Part shown: positions 1 to 8,824 of the stretch, piece by piece
Layout of the letters: every line of letters starts with the position of its first letter
How positions within the stretch are numbered: position 1 is the first letter of the stretch
Source of the DNA: a virus
Taxonomy: Duplodnaviria; Heunggongvirae; Uroviricota; Caudoviricetes
DNA length: 64,000 nucleotides
Reading direction: 5' to 3' (one strand)
IMG/VR virus record: IMGVR_UViG_3300011187_000002
Program-made: the position numbers and the translations under genes
The notes under the pieces: model-generated
What the model saw: only the letters and a program-made list of their open reading frames with translations
Told to the model about the DNA's origin: nothing
The model's database searches: none

Positions 1-88
1 GCTCGGATTAAGGTCGTAGTCTTATCGTCGTCTTATACCCTAACGAGCCGAGGCCGTCAAAAGAAACTTAACGACCCCGGCAGGTAGC

Positions 89-1333
89 TTACTTGAAGTT
101 GTCCCGATCCCCATGCGGGATGTAGGCTCGAAGCGTCCGGTCAAACAGTGCCTTGCGGGTGTCTTCGTCGAAGCGCTCAAGCCAGTCATAAGCCGCTTTG
201 CCTACGAGAACTTTGTCGAAGCGCTCATCGTTTTCTTGGATGAGTTCTTCGAGGCACGTGGCCCATTCCGTCAGGATACGGTGCGAGAATCCGATGTGGA
301 TTTCCCGATTCGTAATCATGTGACGGATCGTTTTCGTGACGTCCATGATGGTGTCGAAGGCTTGCGGAGCCACCTTCTTGAGGTACGGGAATTTGGCCTT
401 GAGGATTTTCTTTTCCTCTTCGACTTCGAGGTAATGGTATTCGATGAAACGACCGAAGCGGTCGAGAATCGAATCATCCATACTTTCGACGCTGCTGTAG
501 AACCCGAAATCGTCACCACGCCCTCTGGAGTTGGCCGTTGCCACGATGGTCGTGCCCGGAAACACCGGGATGGACTTGCCCAACTCGGGGATGAACACCT
601 CTTTGGCTCCGTCGAGAATGTGACGGAACAATTCGTGGCATTCGGAAGGCGCACGGTCGATATCGTCGATCGTAATCATTACCGCACGGCGGATACCATC
701 TTTGCCAATACGCCCTTGGATATCTTTCAGGAGGCGACCTTCGACGAATTGGGTCTTGTTGACCTTCGTCTCAGGGTCGATGACAACTTGCATCTGGCCC
801 ATGTAGAGAGCCGTGTCGAGGTCTTCTCGCATGGGATACAGACTGAATTCCATGTTCAGATCGTGGGCAAGGCAGCGGAACATGTCCGATTTGCCCGTAC
901 CCGCTGGACCGTACAGGAAAATGTTGCGCCCATACTTGACCGCACGAGCCACACGCTGGGCCGCTTTGCCTGCCGCCCCCTTTTCGGGATACATGTATCC
1001 GTTGGGACGGGAAGGGCGCTGGGACATCATGCCGACTTGCGCCCGCATCTTGATGTTGCCCACTGCCACGTATGTATGGTAAGAACGGGACCCTTTGCGC
1101 TCGATTTCACGGTCAAAGAATTCCTTGAAAACCCGACCCCCGAAGACCGTCGCATTTTTGCCGTAACGGCGCTGATAGTCCGCCACAGACATATCGTGCT
1201 CTTCGGCGAGGTGCGTCTCAAGGTTGTGGTGAGTAGCGTAATCTTCCCGACACACCGCCTTGGCGTTTTCGAAATCAATTTGCTTACTGCCCGACGTAAT
1301 CACTCGCATCTTGTTTCTCCTAATCGTCGTCAC
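89..1333 (-). CDS. MoxR/CobS-like AAA+ ATPase with small N-terminal Zn-finger-like region
   Basis: Walker A GPAGTGKS, Walker B variant ITIDDID, sensor ATAN, LDRF arginine finger; preceded by the repeated promoter. Confidence 0.8.
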   Translation of the reverse strand: MTTIRRNKMRVITSGSKQIDFENAKAVCREDYATHHNLETHLAEEHDMSVADYQRRYGKNATVFGGRVFKEFFDREIERKGSRSYHTYVAVGNIKMRAQVGMMSQRPSRPNGYMYPEKGAAGKAAQRVARAVKYGRNIFLYGPAGTGKSDMFRCLAHDLNMEFSLYPMREDLDTALYMGQMQVVIDPETKVNKTQFVEGRLLKDIQGRIGKDGIRRAVMITIDDIDRAPSECHELFRHILDGAKEVFIPELGKSIPVFPGTTIVATANSRGRGDDFGFYSSVESMDDSILDRFGRFIEYHYLEVEEEKKILKAKFPYLKKVAPQAFDTIMDVTKTIRHMITNREIHIGFSHRILTEWATCLEELIQENDERFDKVLVGKAAYDWLERFDEDTRKALFDRTLRAYIPHGDRDNFK

Positions 1334-1359
1334 TTGTCGTCGCTGCTATCTTCCACACC

Positions 1360-1388
1360 CTTATACCATAGGTTCGAAGGTTCGTCAA
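1360..1388 (-). promoter_or_regulatory. repeated early-type promoter for the AAA ATPase gene
   Basis: TTGACG-17 nt-TATAAG on the minus strand; matches the window-wide motif. Confidence 0.7.
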
Positions 1389-1407
1389 AAACCTTTTGAG
1401 ACTGAAA

Positions 1408-1438
1408 AGCCCGCACCAGAGCGAACTGGTACGGGCTT
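1408..1438 (-). terminator. probable intrinsic terminator after 1469..2419
   Basis: imperfect GC-rich hairpin aagcccgcacca/tggtacgggctt followed by a short T run on the minus strand. Confidence 0.45.
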
Positions 1439-1468
1439 CGGGGATGCGGCTGCTAAGGTAGCAGTACG

Positions 1469-2419
1469 TCAGCTTTTGCTCAAGTCACGCAACACGTCGT
1501 CGATGTCCGGCCACTTGTTGCGGAGGAACTTTCTTAGTTTCTTGACACGGTAGCCCAGCTTTCCGGGGTTGGACGAATCGCCTTCCTCGAAACCGAGTGC
1601 CCGCCACAGAGGTACTTTTCCGCGTGCCCCAGCTTTGAACGTTACGTCCACTTTGAGCAATTCACGCATCGAAGATGCGGGGTTGTTCATGTAGGCTTCC
1701 CAAATCATCCCCAGATCGTCGTAACGCTGGTTGAGTTCCTTCTTGATCTTCTCAATCAGTTGCTTCGCAGCCGGGTTGCTTCGCATTAACGAGTAATAGC
1801 CCGAAAGCTGTCCGCTGCTAAGACCGTCGAGGGTGAAGAGATCTTCAAAAGTGTCCCGCCCTTCGTAACCATCATCCGGGGTACCTTGCTGAAAACCCGT
1901 GTCGGCGTCACCGGTTTCGGCTTTCCAACGCTTGTACAGGTTGGAAACCTTCATCTTGACCCATTTGGTCAACGAGGCTTTGATCCGGTTGTCATTGTAG
2001 CCTTCACGTACCCAATCCTCAATCTGTTCCATGAGGTTGCGCTTCCACGGGCCAGTATCGCGGAGGCTCATGATGCTCTGGCCCATGATCATATCCCCAA
2101 CCACGTCATTGAGGAAATCCTCACGCTGGGTGTGCTCCAAATTGAGCTTGCGGGCCATCGAGTTGACACCGACTTTGAAAATTTTGCCCCAATCAATGGT
2201 GGGGATTTCGAGGCCGTCGCCTTCAAGCTCCCGTCTGATCCCTTCGCGGTCAAGCATTTGCTCGACGAGCTTTGTGATCTGCCCCTCACTAAAGGCCCGT
2301 TTTCGACGGGGACTCGCAAGACGCATAAGTGCGTGGAGAGTACGAATTTCGGCGGGCAAGGAGGCGTAAACCTTTCGCTTGGCTTTCCGCACGTGGTTCG
2401 CTAATTTGTTGTGTGACAT
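1469..2419 (-). CDS. hypothetical protein
   Basis: 316-aa ORF in the minus-strand run that starts at 4847. Confidence 0.7.
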   Translation of the reverse strand: MSHNKLANHVRKAKRKVYASLPAEIRTLHALMRLASPRRKRAFSEGQITKLVEQMLDREGIRRELEGDGLEIPTIDWGKIFKVGVNSMARKLNLEHTQREDFLNDVVGDMIMGQSIMSLRDTGPWKRNLMEQIEDWVREGYNDNRIKASLTKWVKMKVSNLYKRWKAETGDADTGFQQGTPDDGYEGRDTFEDLFTLDGLSSGQLSGYYSLMRSNPAAKQLIEKIKKELNQRYDDLGMIWEAYMNNPASSMRELLKVDVTFKAGARGKVPLWRALGFEEGDSSNPGKLGYRVKKLRKFLRNKWPDIDDVLRDLSKS

Positions 2420-2432
2420 GTGAATCCCTTGA

Positions 2433-2618
2433 TCAGATAATAATAATTACTTTAAACTTTTTTACCCATTTCCCAATACAGGCTTGGGATACACCATATC
2501 TTTTTCCGATCTGTGCTTGCGTTAGGTCGGAAGATAGATAGTCCTTAACTGCCGCTTTTCGTTCAGCATCGGAAAATTGTTTGGTTGGATCTTTCATGGG
2601 GTTGTTACAGGACATCAT
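2433..2618 (-). CDS. small helix-turn-helix ORF, probably the frameshifted C-terminus of the GIY-YIG endonuclease
   Basis: LTQAQIGKRYGVSQACIGKWV HTH; overlaps the end of 2605..3021 at an A5 run. Confidence 0.55.
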   Translation of the reverse strand: MMSCNNPMKDPTKQFSDAERKAAVKDYLSSDLTQAQIGKRYGVSQACIGKWVKKFKVIIII

Positions 2619-3021
2619 TTTTGCGTGTTTTTCCAGTGTGAGCTACACTCAGCTTTTTTCGGGTTTCAGGGGATAAACCGCCGTAATTAGGGTTATCCTC
2701 ACCCTTTAATATAGGAGGATGTGCGGCAATAGGGTTGATATTGTATAGGTGTTTCCAATCACCTGCATTTTTATGGCGGTCAAGATATTTTTGTTCAAGT
2801 TCGACTAGTTGTTCGACGGGAACATTTTCAATAGGCTCAAATACGAAATTATTTGCGCCATATTTGTCCCACGACCTTTGCAAATAGATATTTTCATGTA
2901 CCCTCTCCGAACTTTTCAAGGTAGACCGGTGATCTCTTAGTCGGCGTGGGATATCCTTGCTGCTCCCGATATATGCCTTTCCGTTGACTAAATTCTTGAT
3001 ATGGTAAATGCCTGATTTCAC
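2605..3021 (-). CDS. GIY-YIG homing endonuclease with NUMOD3-like motif
   Basis: KSGIYHIKNLVNGKAYIGSS, conserved R, E and YN; LSPETRKKLS motif; AT-rich relative to flanks. Confidence 0.9.
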   Translation of the reverse strand: MKSGIYHIKNLVNGKAYIGSSKDIPRRLRDHRSTLKSSERVHENIYLQRSWDKYGANNFVFEPIENVPVEQLVELEQKYLDRHKNAGDWKHLYNINPIAAHPPILKGEDNPNYGGLSPETRKKLSVAHTGKTRKNDVL

Positions 3022-3680
3022 AAAAAAGCCCGTGTTAGTAACAAGTTTTCAGGGACTTCTATCATACCATTGTCAATCCCATAAATAAAATCATTAAACC
3101 ATGATACATACCGGTCAATTCGAGTTTTACCATAGGCGATCAAGTGCCAACTATTTCGTGTGGTTTTTCGCACTGATCCCGCATTATATCCTGAACAAAT
3201 AAGAGGTGGATCTACCCCGTATTTTTCGATCTGGTGAGCCATGTAGGCCGCGCCTAACAAAATGCTGTAGTGCGGGTCGAACAGAAATTCGCGGTCGACC
3301 TCATTTTCGGGCACTAGGTCGTATTTGGAAGCCATTGACTTCGCGGTTGAAATCAATGTCTGCATGAGGCCCGGAGATACCCGGTGAGGTGTTTCCTCAT
3401 CGGAAGTGTAGCCCGGCTCTTCGCGAATTGACTTCGGGTCGTAATGCCCGTCACTTTTTCGAACAGCTTCGATGGGAATCATCGCCGCAATCATATCAGC
3501 CGGGACTTCAAGCTCTTTTGAGGCGTAATAGATCTCGTCACCGAAATCTTCCCACAAGGTTTTCATGGTGATAGGCTCACCACGGCTACGAAGAAGTCCC
3601 TCGTCCTTTGTTTCGATACCCTCGGATGTGATCCGCCAAGAGCGGCCCCCGAACTTGTTGTGCCAGTCTGAAAGACTCAT
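3018..3680 (-). CDS. lytic transglycosylase (SLT/lysozyme-like)
   Basis: catalytic IE, SPGLMQ motif, GAAY and GYNAG motifs. Confidence 0.85.
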   Translation of the reverse strand: MSLSDWHNKFGGRSWRITSEGIETKDEGLLRSRGEPITMKTLWEDFGDEIYYASKELEVPADMIAAMIPIEAVRKSDGHYDPKSIREEPGYTSDEETPHRVSPGLMQTLISTAKSMASKYDLVPENEVDREFLFDPHYSILLGAAYMAHQIEKYGVDPPLICSGYNAGSVRKTTRNSWHLIAYGKTRIDRYVSWFNDFIYGIDNGMIEVPENLLLTRAFL

Positions 3681-3690
3681 AATCTAACCC

Positions 3691-4113
3691 TTAGAGGTAG
3701 TAATCCGTGATATTGTCTCTGATTTCCGCTACCACCTTTTTCATGATTTTTCGCTTGAGGTCGGTAGAGGCAAAAGTCACCGTGCTGATATTTCTACCGT
3801 CGATATCTTCGAGGTAGGCAATAATACCGTTGCCCTTATTTCTTGGATCAAGGGTGATGGTAACCGACCAGCCACCGTCAGTGTCGATGCGACCGCCGTC
3901 CCTAGAACGACCTGTATTGACGTCGAATTCTCGCTTGATCCTCTCTTCCATCAAGCCCGCTAGATCCGTAGCAAACTTACGCTTGGCGTCCCCTACGACT
4001 GCCGCAAGGGAATCACCGTCCACCTTGTACAAGGTAGCGAGTACCGGTTTGATATGCTTTCGAAGGCTCTTGTTATCGGAGCCTAGCTTGATGAGTTGGT
4101 CTTTCAAATCCAT
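3691..4113 (-). CDS. hypothetical, probable virion protein
   Basis: N-terminal LKDQLIKLG...LRKHIKPVL motif shared with 4134..4847 and 18154..19122. Confidence 0.65.
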   Translation of the reverse strand: MDLKDQLIKLGSDNKSLRKHIKPVLATLYKVDGDSLAAVVGDAKRKFATDLAGLMEERIKREFDVNTGRSRDGGRIDTDGGWSVTITLDPRNKGNGIIAYLEDIDGRNISTVTFASTDLKRKIMKKVVAEIRDNITDYYL

Positions 4114-4133
4114 TGTGATCTCCTACGAAATGA

Positions 4134-4847
4134 TTAGATACGGTCGGAATTGCCGATTTCCACGATCCATTGTCCTGCCCCTTTCCCACGTCGGACATAA
4201 GCCCAATCAGTGACACCGGAGGCTACTACAGCATCGCCGATCTCCTCTTTGGACCGGGGATATTCCGCATTATCTGTGATCTTGAGTTGCCCGCCGACAA
4301 GAAGCCCGTCGCTACCGTGGTTACGATAACTCAGCCATGATGTGTTGCGCCCAAAGATGTTGATCTCTAGGTCTTGTTTCGCAAGGCTTTTCTTGGCGTC
4401 TTTCAGGAGCTTTTCGAACCCTTGCTCAATCGCCCCGACATGCTTGCGGGCAAGCTCCGATGCTTTTTCATACAGGCCGTTGTTTGCCTGTTTCCGGGTC
4501 GTGGCATATTTTCTGGCCCAATCTTTAGCTGCATCTTCAGGGCTGCGGCCTTCAAATTGGTAGACCATGCCTCCCATCGCTACATCCAGTCTTCCGGGAC
4601 GTGTGGATGTGACCCATGCGGCCTCAACTGTTTTGCTTTCCGTCGATATCTCAACCAACTGAAAAGAGTGGTGATCACTCTTGAGGCCAGACAGGTGCTG
4701 GGCAAAGCGTGGCGAATCCGGCAAACCCCTTTTCGGAGTTACGGTGACGGACGCCAGCTTTTTCAGTTCAGCCAAAACCGGTCGGATATGGGGACGAAGG
4801 TTTTTGCGCACCTTGCCCAATTTGATCAGTTGCTTTTTTAGCGACAT
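4134..4847 (-). CDS. hypothetical, probable virion protein
   Basis: N-terminal LKKQLIKLG...LRPHIRPVL motif. Confidence 0.65.
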   Translation of the reverse strand: MSLKKQLIKLGKVRKNLRPHIRPVLAELKKLASVTVTPKRGLPDSPRFAQHLSGLKSDHHSFQLVEISTESKTVEAAWVTSTRPGRLDVAMGGMVYQFEGRSPEDAAKDWARKYATTRKQANNGLYEKASELARKHVGAIEQGFEKLLKDAKKSLAKQDLEINIFGRNTSWLSYRNHGSDGLLVGGQLKITDNAEYPRSKEEIGDAVVASGVTDWAYVRRGKGAGQWIVEIGNSDRI

Positions 4848-4920
4848 GGAGTTACCCTAATTATGTCTGACGTGAGATCAAAAGGATTCACTTCAACCAC
4901 CATATAAAAAGTTTATTGCT

Positions 4921-5334
4921 ATGTTCCCCCCAATTGTTGAATACGAGGAGGGCCTTACTGCTTCCGGGGAACCTGTTTTCCCGAACGTGGCACGGTATGT
5001 GTTGTGGATCCGAGATACGTACATCAAGTCCACCCCTTTCACGTATCAGGATGTCCGGGAAATCCACGATGAGCTACAGGATTTGAGGCCGGGGCGTTAC
5101 TATTACAAGTGGGAGTCGATACGGTCGTATCTGTGGATGTGGCGCAAGGAAGGGCTGATCGAAGTGCTAGACGGTTACGACAAGAACCCCGGAAACCACA
5201 CGCTCATGTGGGCCGCCTATTACAAGCGGCAAATCGCCAAGGTCCAACGCAAAAGCAAGAGCACCCCGTCCATTACCGAAAAGTTCGCCCAACAGCTTGA
5301 GTCAGTGCTGGAAAAACATTTTGACGGTGAATAG
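4921..5334 (+). CDS. hypothetical protein
   Basis: 137-aa ORF filling the gap; ends in the next promoter copy. Confidence 0.6.
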   Translation: MFPPIVEYEEGLTASGEPVFPNVARYVLWIRDTYIKSTPFTYQDVREIHDELQDLRPGRYYYKWESIRSYLWMWRKEGLIEVLDGYDKNPGNHTLMWAAYYKRQIAKVQRKSKSTPSITEKFAQQLESVLEKHFDGE

Positions 5335-5396
5335 TATATAAGGTATAAGAGACTGCAGGCACGAACCTACTACGATTCCATTACGACGACGACGAG

Positions 5397-5708
5397 GTGC
5401 CTATGGGCCATTACGACTACAGTAAAGTTATGCGGGCCTTGTACAAGCAAGCTCCAGACCGGATACGGATGCGGGCCAAGGGTTACTTTTCCGAAGACCG
5501 CATCAAGTCGCTCAATATCACGGGCGAAGGTGTACTGAAAGCGAGGGTGCAGGGGACAGCACCGGAACCTTATTATGTCGAGATCGACATGAAAGAGCGA
5601 ACCCGGAAGTGCTCTTGCCCGGCCCACCACAATTACCGGGACATCCCCTGCAAGCATCAAGTGTTGGTTGTGCTCCCTTTCATCGGGACGGATGCAGGTC
5701 GTCGATGA
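5397..5708 (+). CDS. SWIM zinc-finger protein
   Basis: YYVEID...CSCPAH...PCKH motif; promoter copy at 5321. Confidence 0.75.
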   Translation: MPMGHYDYSKVMRALYKQAPDRIRMRAKGYFSEDRIKSLNITGEGVLKARVQGTAPEPYYVEIDMKERTRKCSCPAHHNYRDIPCKHQVLVVLPFIGTDAGRR

Positions 5709-6207
5709 AGTCCTCAGCAAGGTCCCGAAGCCTCCCCTTTTGCTTCTTGACTTGGTAGAGGGTTTCGTCAAGGAGTTTGCAAATCTCCTTTCGTGTGTAG
5801 CCCATGCGAAGCAAAAGGAACACACGCCGTGGTAGCGTATCTTCGAAAGTGAGTGAATCTTTCAGGTGCTGTTCGAAGCCTTTGAGCAACTCTTCATTCC
5901 ATTCAAGCAAGCACACTTTTCGGTGCCCGGATCTAGGAATTAAAGACGCAGTATCCGCGCCTTCGGGAACTTTGTCCCGGTTCAGTTGCTTGATCAGGAC
6001 ACCCCTCGCCACCATATAGATGTAGGTCGAGGGCGCACACCTCGAAGCTACATACGGGCTGGACCCTTGGTTGAGCTTGAGGATCTTTTCGCACACGTCA
6101 TGCACCAAGTCGTCGGGGTCTTCGGCCTCGGCTCCGAATTTAGCGTAAACGATTCGAACTACGTCTTCGTAGTGCTTTGTAAGATCAAGGCCGTTCATTG
6201 CGTGCAT
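5680..6207 (-). CDS. sigma-70/ECF-like sigma factor
   Basis: region 2-like DPDDLVHDV...STYIYMVAR and region 4-like RRVFLLLRMGYTRKEICKLL. Confidence 0.6.
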   Translation of the reverse strand: MHAMNGLDLTKHYEDVVRIVYAKFGAEAEDPDDLVHDVCEKILKLNQGSSPYVASRCAPSTYIYMVARGVLIKQLNRDKVPEGADTASLIPRSGHRKVCLLEWNEELLKGFEQHLKDSLTFEDTLPRRVFLLLRMGYTRKEICKLLDETLYQVKKQKGRLRDLAEDFIDDLHPSR

Positions 6208-6746
6208 GTCGTTTCGTGGTGGTTTGCAAGGACTCGGCAGCTAAGTGAGCAAGTATCCGTGTCGGCGTCACAGCTTTCAACGGACAGCAAAACCGAATCG
6301 CTGAATGTGGGGTCGATCACACGGAGGGAGTTTCGATCTGCTTTCCCGTCGTAGTTCGCCGTCCCACCATTGACCGCATAGACGAGTCGGTCACTGAAAC
6401 GGGTGTTGCCATTGATATCGTAACGAAGGTACGCCCATCCTCGTTGGGTGTCGTCTTTGTGTACCCGCACGCTGAAATCCCCGCCAGCAGGATTGCACGG
6501 AACGTCTACATCTTCGTCACCAACTTCAAAGTATTGGACATGGTACGTTTCGACGACCGTTTTCAGTTTTTCGCAAAGTTCGGCTTGCTTTTTCTGAGCC
6601 GTGTCTTCGCACAAGGCAATGGTAGTTTCTTGGTCACTGATCTCTTGGCGGGCGTCCGCCAGTTGGGATTGGGTTTCAAGTAACTCCTCATTTTCACAGG
6701 CTACTAAGGCGGTGAGGGCTACGAATGCAACTGTCAGTCTTTTCAT
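6195..6746 (-). CDS. putative lipoprotein
   Basis: MKR + hydrophobic stretch + LVAC lipobox, then coiled coil. Confidence 0.65.
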   Translation of the reverse strand: MKRLTVAFVALTALVACENEELLETQSQLADARQEISDQETTIALCEDTAQKKQAELCEKLKTVVETYHVQYFEVGDEDVDVPCNPAGGDFSVRVHKDDTQRGWAYLRYDINGNTRFSDRLVYAVNGGTANYDGKADRNSLRVIDPTFSDSVLLSVESCDADTDTCSLSCRVLANHHETTCTQ

Positions 6747-6820
6747 GTGATCTCCTATTTGGGTTCGTCCAAATTCATTTCATACATAGTAAAGTATTTT
6801 GCGATCTCATGCCAGTCCGA

Positions 6821-7231
6821 TCAACCGATACGGGAAACGGCATGACTGAATACTTGATCCCGGTAGTACGGAGTCAGACGCTTGGCACACAGCTTCAAGT
6901 AAGAGCGTACATCGTAGCGGTCGTTGACGTTCAGTCTACCCACTACGACGCCTTCAATCGTTTCTCGATGGTCTTCTAGGATAAACTCAGCGGTGTCATA
7001 CACGTCGTAGAACGAAAAACTGCTGTTGAGGTAACAGCAAAGTTGCCAGTAAGGGACGAAGGCCGGGAGTTTTCGGTTGGTTTTGTATTCCCGGAGGGGT
7101 TCATAGTGGCCCACGAACAGGTTGAGCCGGTTGAGGTATGAAAATCGTGATGAAAATTCAAGTAGTGATATTTGGGATACTACAACCAGATCGCCTTCCG
7201 TGTAGCGCTTTTTTCGCGCAAACAGAGGCAT
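6821..7231 (-). CDS. hypothetical protein, paralog of 7238..7672
   Basis: shared MPLF start, GDL and VVGRLN..D...V..YL..CA motif. Confidence 0.65.
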   Translation of the reverse strand: MPLFARKKRYTEGDLVVVSQISLLEFSSRFSYLNRLNLFVGHYEPLREYKTNRKLPAFVPYWQLCCYLNSSFSFYDVYDTAEFILEDHRETIEGVVVGRLNVNDRYDVRSYLKLCAKRLTPYYRDQVFSHAVSRIG

Positions 7232-7237
7232 GGGGGA

Positions 7238-7672
7238 TCAATCCTTTGAATGGTATCTCGACACCCGTTCCATGTGTTTAAGTGACCGGGCACATTGCGT
7301 CAAATATTGCCAGACCTCATGTTCATCGGTGAGGTTAAGGCGTCCAACTACACTTCCGGCCAACTTATACAGATGGTCCAAGTGTTCAGGAACTACCCAG
7401 CCTTTTGTCCGGGCGAATTCACCGAGGAAATGGGCACTTTTACGCGGCTGAATTTGGTTGGCTTGGTATTCAACGTCATAGTACAGTCTAATTTTCGCTT
7501 CGCTCTGTTTTTTGAAAGACTCATACGTCCCCAAAGCTAGCACGATCTCAGGAACATAGATGTTGAATTCAAGCGCTAAATTCGTGTCCTCAGCCGGAAA
7601 ATAGAATCTATCAGCGCGGAATAGTAAAAGATCACCGGGCCGGGGTCGTGGGTTTTTGATAAATAGGGGCAT
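7238..7672 (-). CDS. hypothetical protein, paralog of 6821..7231
   Basis: same shared motifs. Confidence 0.65.
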   Translation of the reverse strand: MPLFIKNPRPRPGDLLLFRADRFYFPAEDTNLALEFNIYVPEIVLALGTYESFKKQSEAKIRLYYDVEYQANQIQPRKSAHFLGEFARTKGWVVPEHLDHLYKLAGSVVGRLNLTDEHEVWQYLTQCARSLKHMERVSRYHSKD

Positions 7673-7674
7673 GT

Positions 7675-8052
7675 TCAGTTGAGGGCCGTGAAAATGAAAT
7701 ACAAAACCGTTTCGGTGAGTTTGGGCCTGTCAGATTCCCGGAAAAGCCTCCATTGGGATTGCCAGAGATAAGCCTGTGTTCCGGGGTCTTTGACCCTCGC
7801 CCTCATTTTGCCCGCTTTGGTACGAGGCACCTTGAGCAAACCTTCGGTGTCCACCAGATAGACGTCTTCTTCACCGACTTGCAAATCGACCGAATCGCTT
7901 TTCGTGGTGTTTAGCACCTGACCCACATAGATGGTGGTGCTAGGGCTCTTTTTACCACGGGTTTTGATGAGGACCCAATCCCCTATTTCCACCTTTTTCG
8001 TGTGGGTTATCCGCTTATAAGCGCCATGTAATAGGAAATAGTTGCGTAGCAT
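7675..8052 (-). CDS. hypothetical protein (start moved to MLRNYF)
   Basis: ORF 7675..8178; the ATG at 8052 avoids overlap with the divergent gene. Confidence 0.55.
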   Translation of the reverse strand: MLRNYFLLHGAYKRITHTKKVEIGDWVLIKTRGKKSPSTTIYVGQVLNTTKSDSVDLQVGEEDVYLVDTEGLLKVPRTKAGKMRARVKDPGTQAYLWQSQWRLFRESDRPKLTETVLYFIFTALN

Positions 8053-8107
8053 GGTCGTTTTACCTGTCGTGGTACGTACCAGATAATTTTCGCACACGGA
8101 GATACGT

Positions 8108-8698
8108 ATGTCAAAGGTACCGTTAGAAAAGGTCCAAGAACTTCGCGACTTTATTGATCGGGAAATCCCTGATTTCAAAGTGGTTTACAAAGACGAACCG
8201 GGCTGGCACAAGACGAATTTCAGTACGTTTGTTGCGTGGCTCTTTGTTGGTTTCGTGGGGTTTTTCGTCGCCTCTTTCAAGAAAAAGTTCAACGAACGCT
8301 ATTCGAACGGCTTGCAAGGGAACACCCTCGTATTGCCGAGCCGATCCACTTACGGTGATTGGACGGACGCCAACGTATACAAAATCGTGCGGCATGAAGT
8401 GATGCACTTGCTCGACCAACGAAAGCATCCTATCTGGTTCCCTTTGAGTTTCATTTGTGTGTTGCCCGTCATTTTTACGATGCGGGCCTATTGGGAGCTT
8501 CGCGGTTACACGGCGACGATGGTAGCCCACTATGAACTCAACGGGAACATCCCGGAATGGATGATTTCGTTTATCGCCAAAAAATTCACGGGTGGGATGT
8601 ATTTTTGGATGTTCCCTTTCCCTAGCAAAATCAGAAGCATCCTCGAAAAAACCCGCGATAAAATCTACAAAGGCGACATTGAAGGGTTCTACTGGTAA
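8108..8698 (+). CDS. membrane-associated protein with HExxH motif (possible metallopeptidase)
   Basis: RHEVMH, downstream ELRGY glutamate, two hydrophobic segments. Confidence 0.6.
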   Translation: MSKVPLEKVQELRDFIDREIPDFKVVYKDEPGWHKTNFSTFVAWLFVGFVGFFVASFKKKFNERYSNGLQGNTLVLPSRSTYGDWTDANVYKIVRHEVMHLLDQRKHPIWFPLSFICVLPVIFTMRAYWELRGYTATMVAHYELNGNIPEWMISFIAKKFTGGMYFWMFPFPSKIRSILEKTRDKIYKGDIEGFYW

Positions 8699-8709
8699 GG
8701 AATACGTTT

Positions 8710-8822
8710 GACACTTCCCATTGTTGGGTGCTACTACGTATCTTCGCTCGTACCTATACGAGCCGTTACGTAACTCATTGGACTTGCTCGTTTGTAAGTC
8801 CGCACCCAACAATGGAGGTGTT
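8710..8822 (+). ncRNA. structured RNA element (Y-RNA-like or cis-regulatory leader) upstream of Ro60
   Basis: 8710-8731 pairs with 8802-8822 with one bulged C; inner hairpins 8735-8772 and 8780-8801. Confidence 0.55.
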
Positions 8823-8824
8823 TC

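Noticed and set aside
113-1399. 428-aa plus-strand ORF
   Set aside because: Antisense shadow of the AAA ATPase; no motifs or RBS.
8710-8822. Confident call as canonical YrlA Y RNA
   Set aside because: No tRNA-like T-loop or canonical Ro-site sequence; kept only as a Y-RNA-like candidate.
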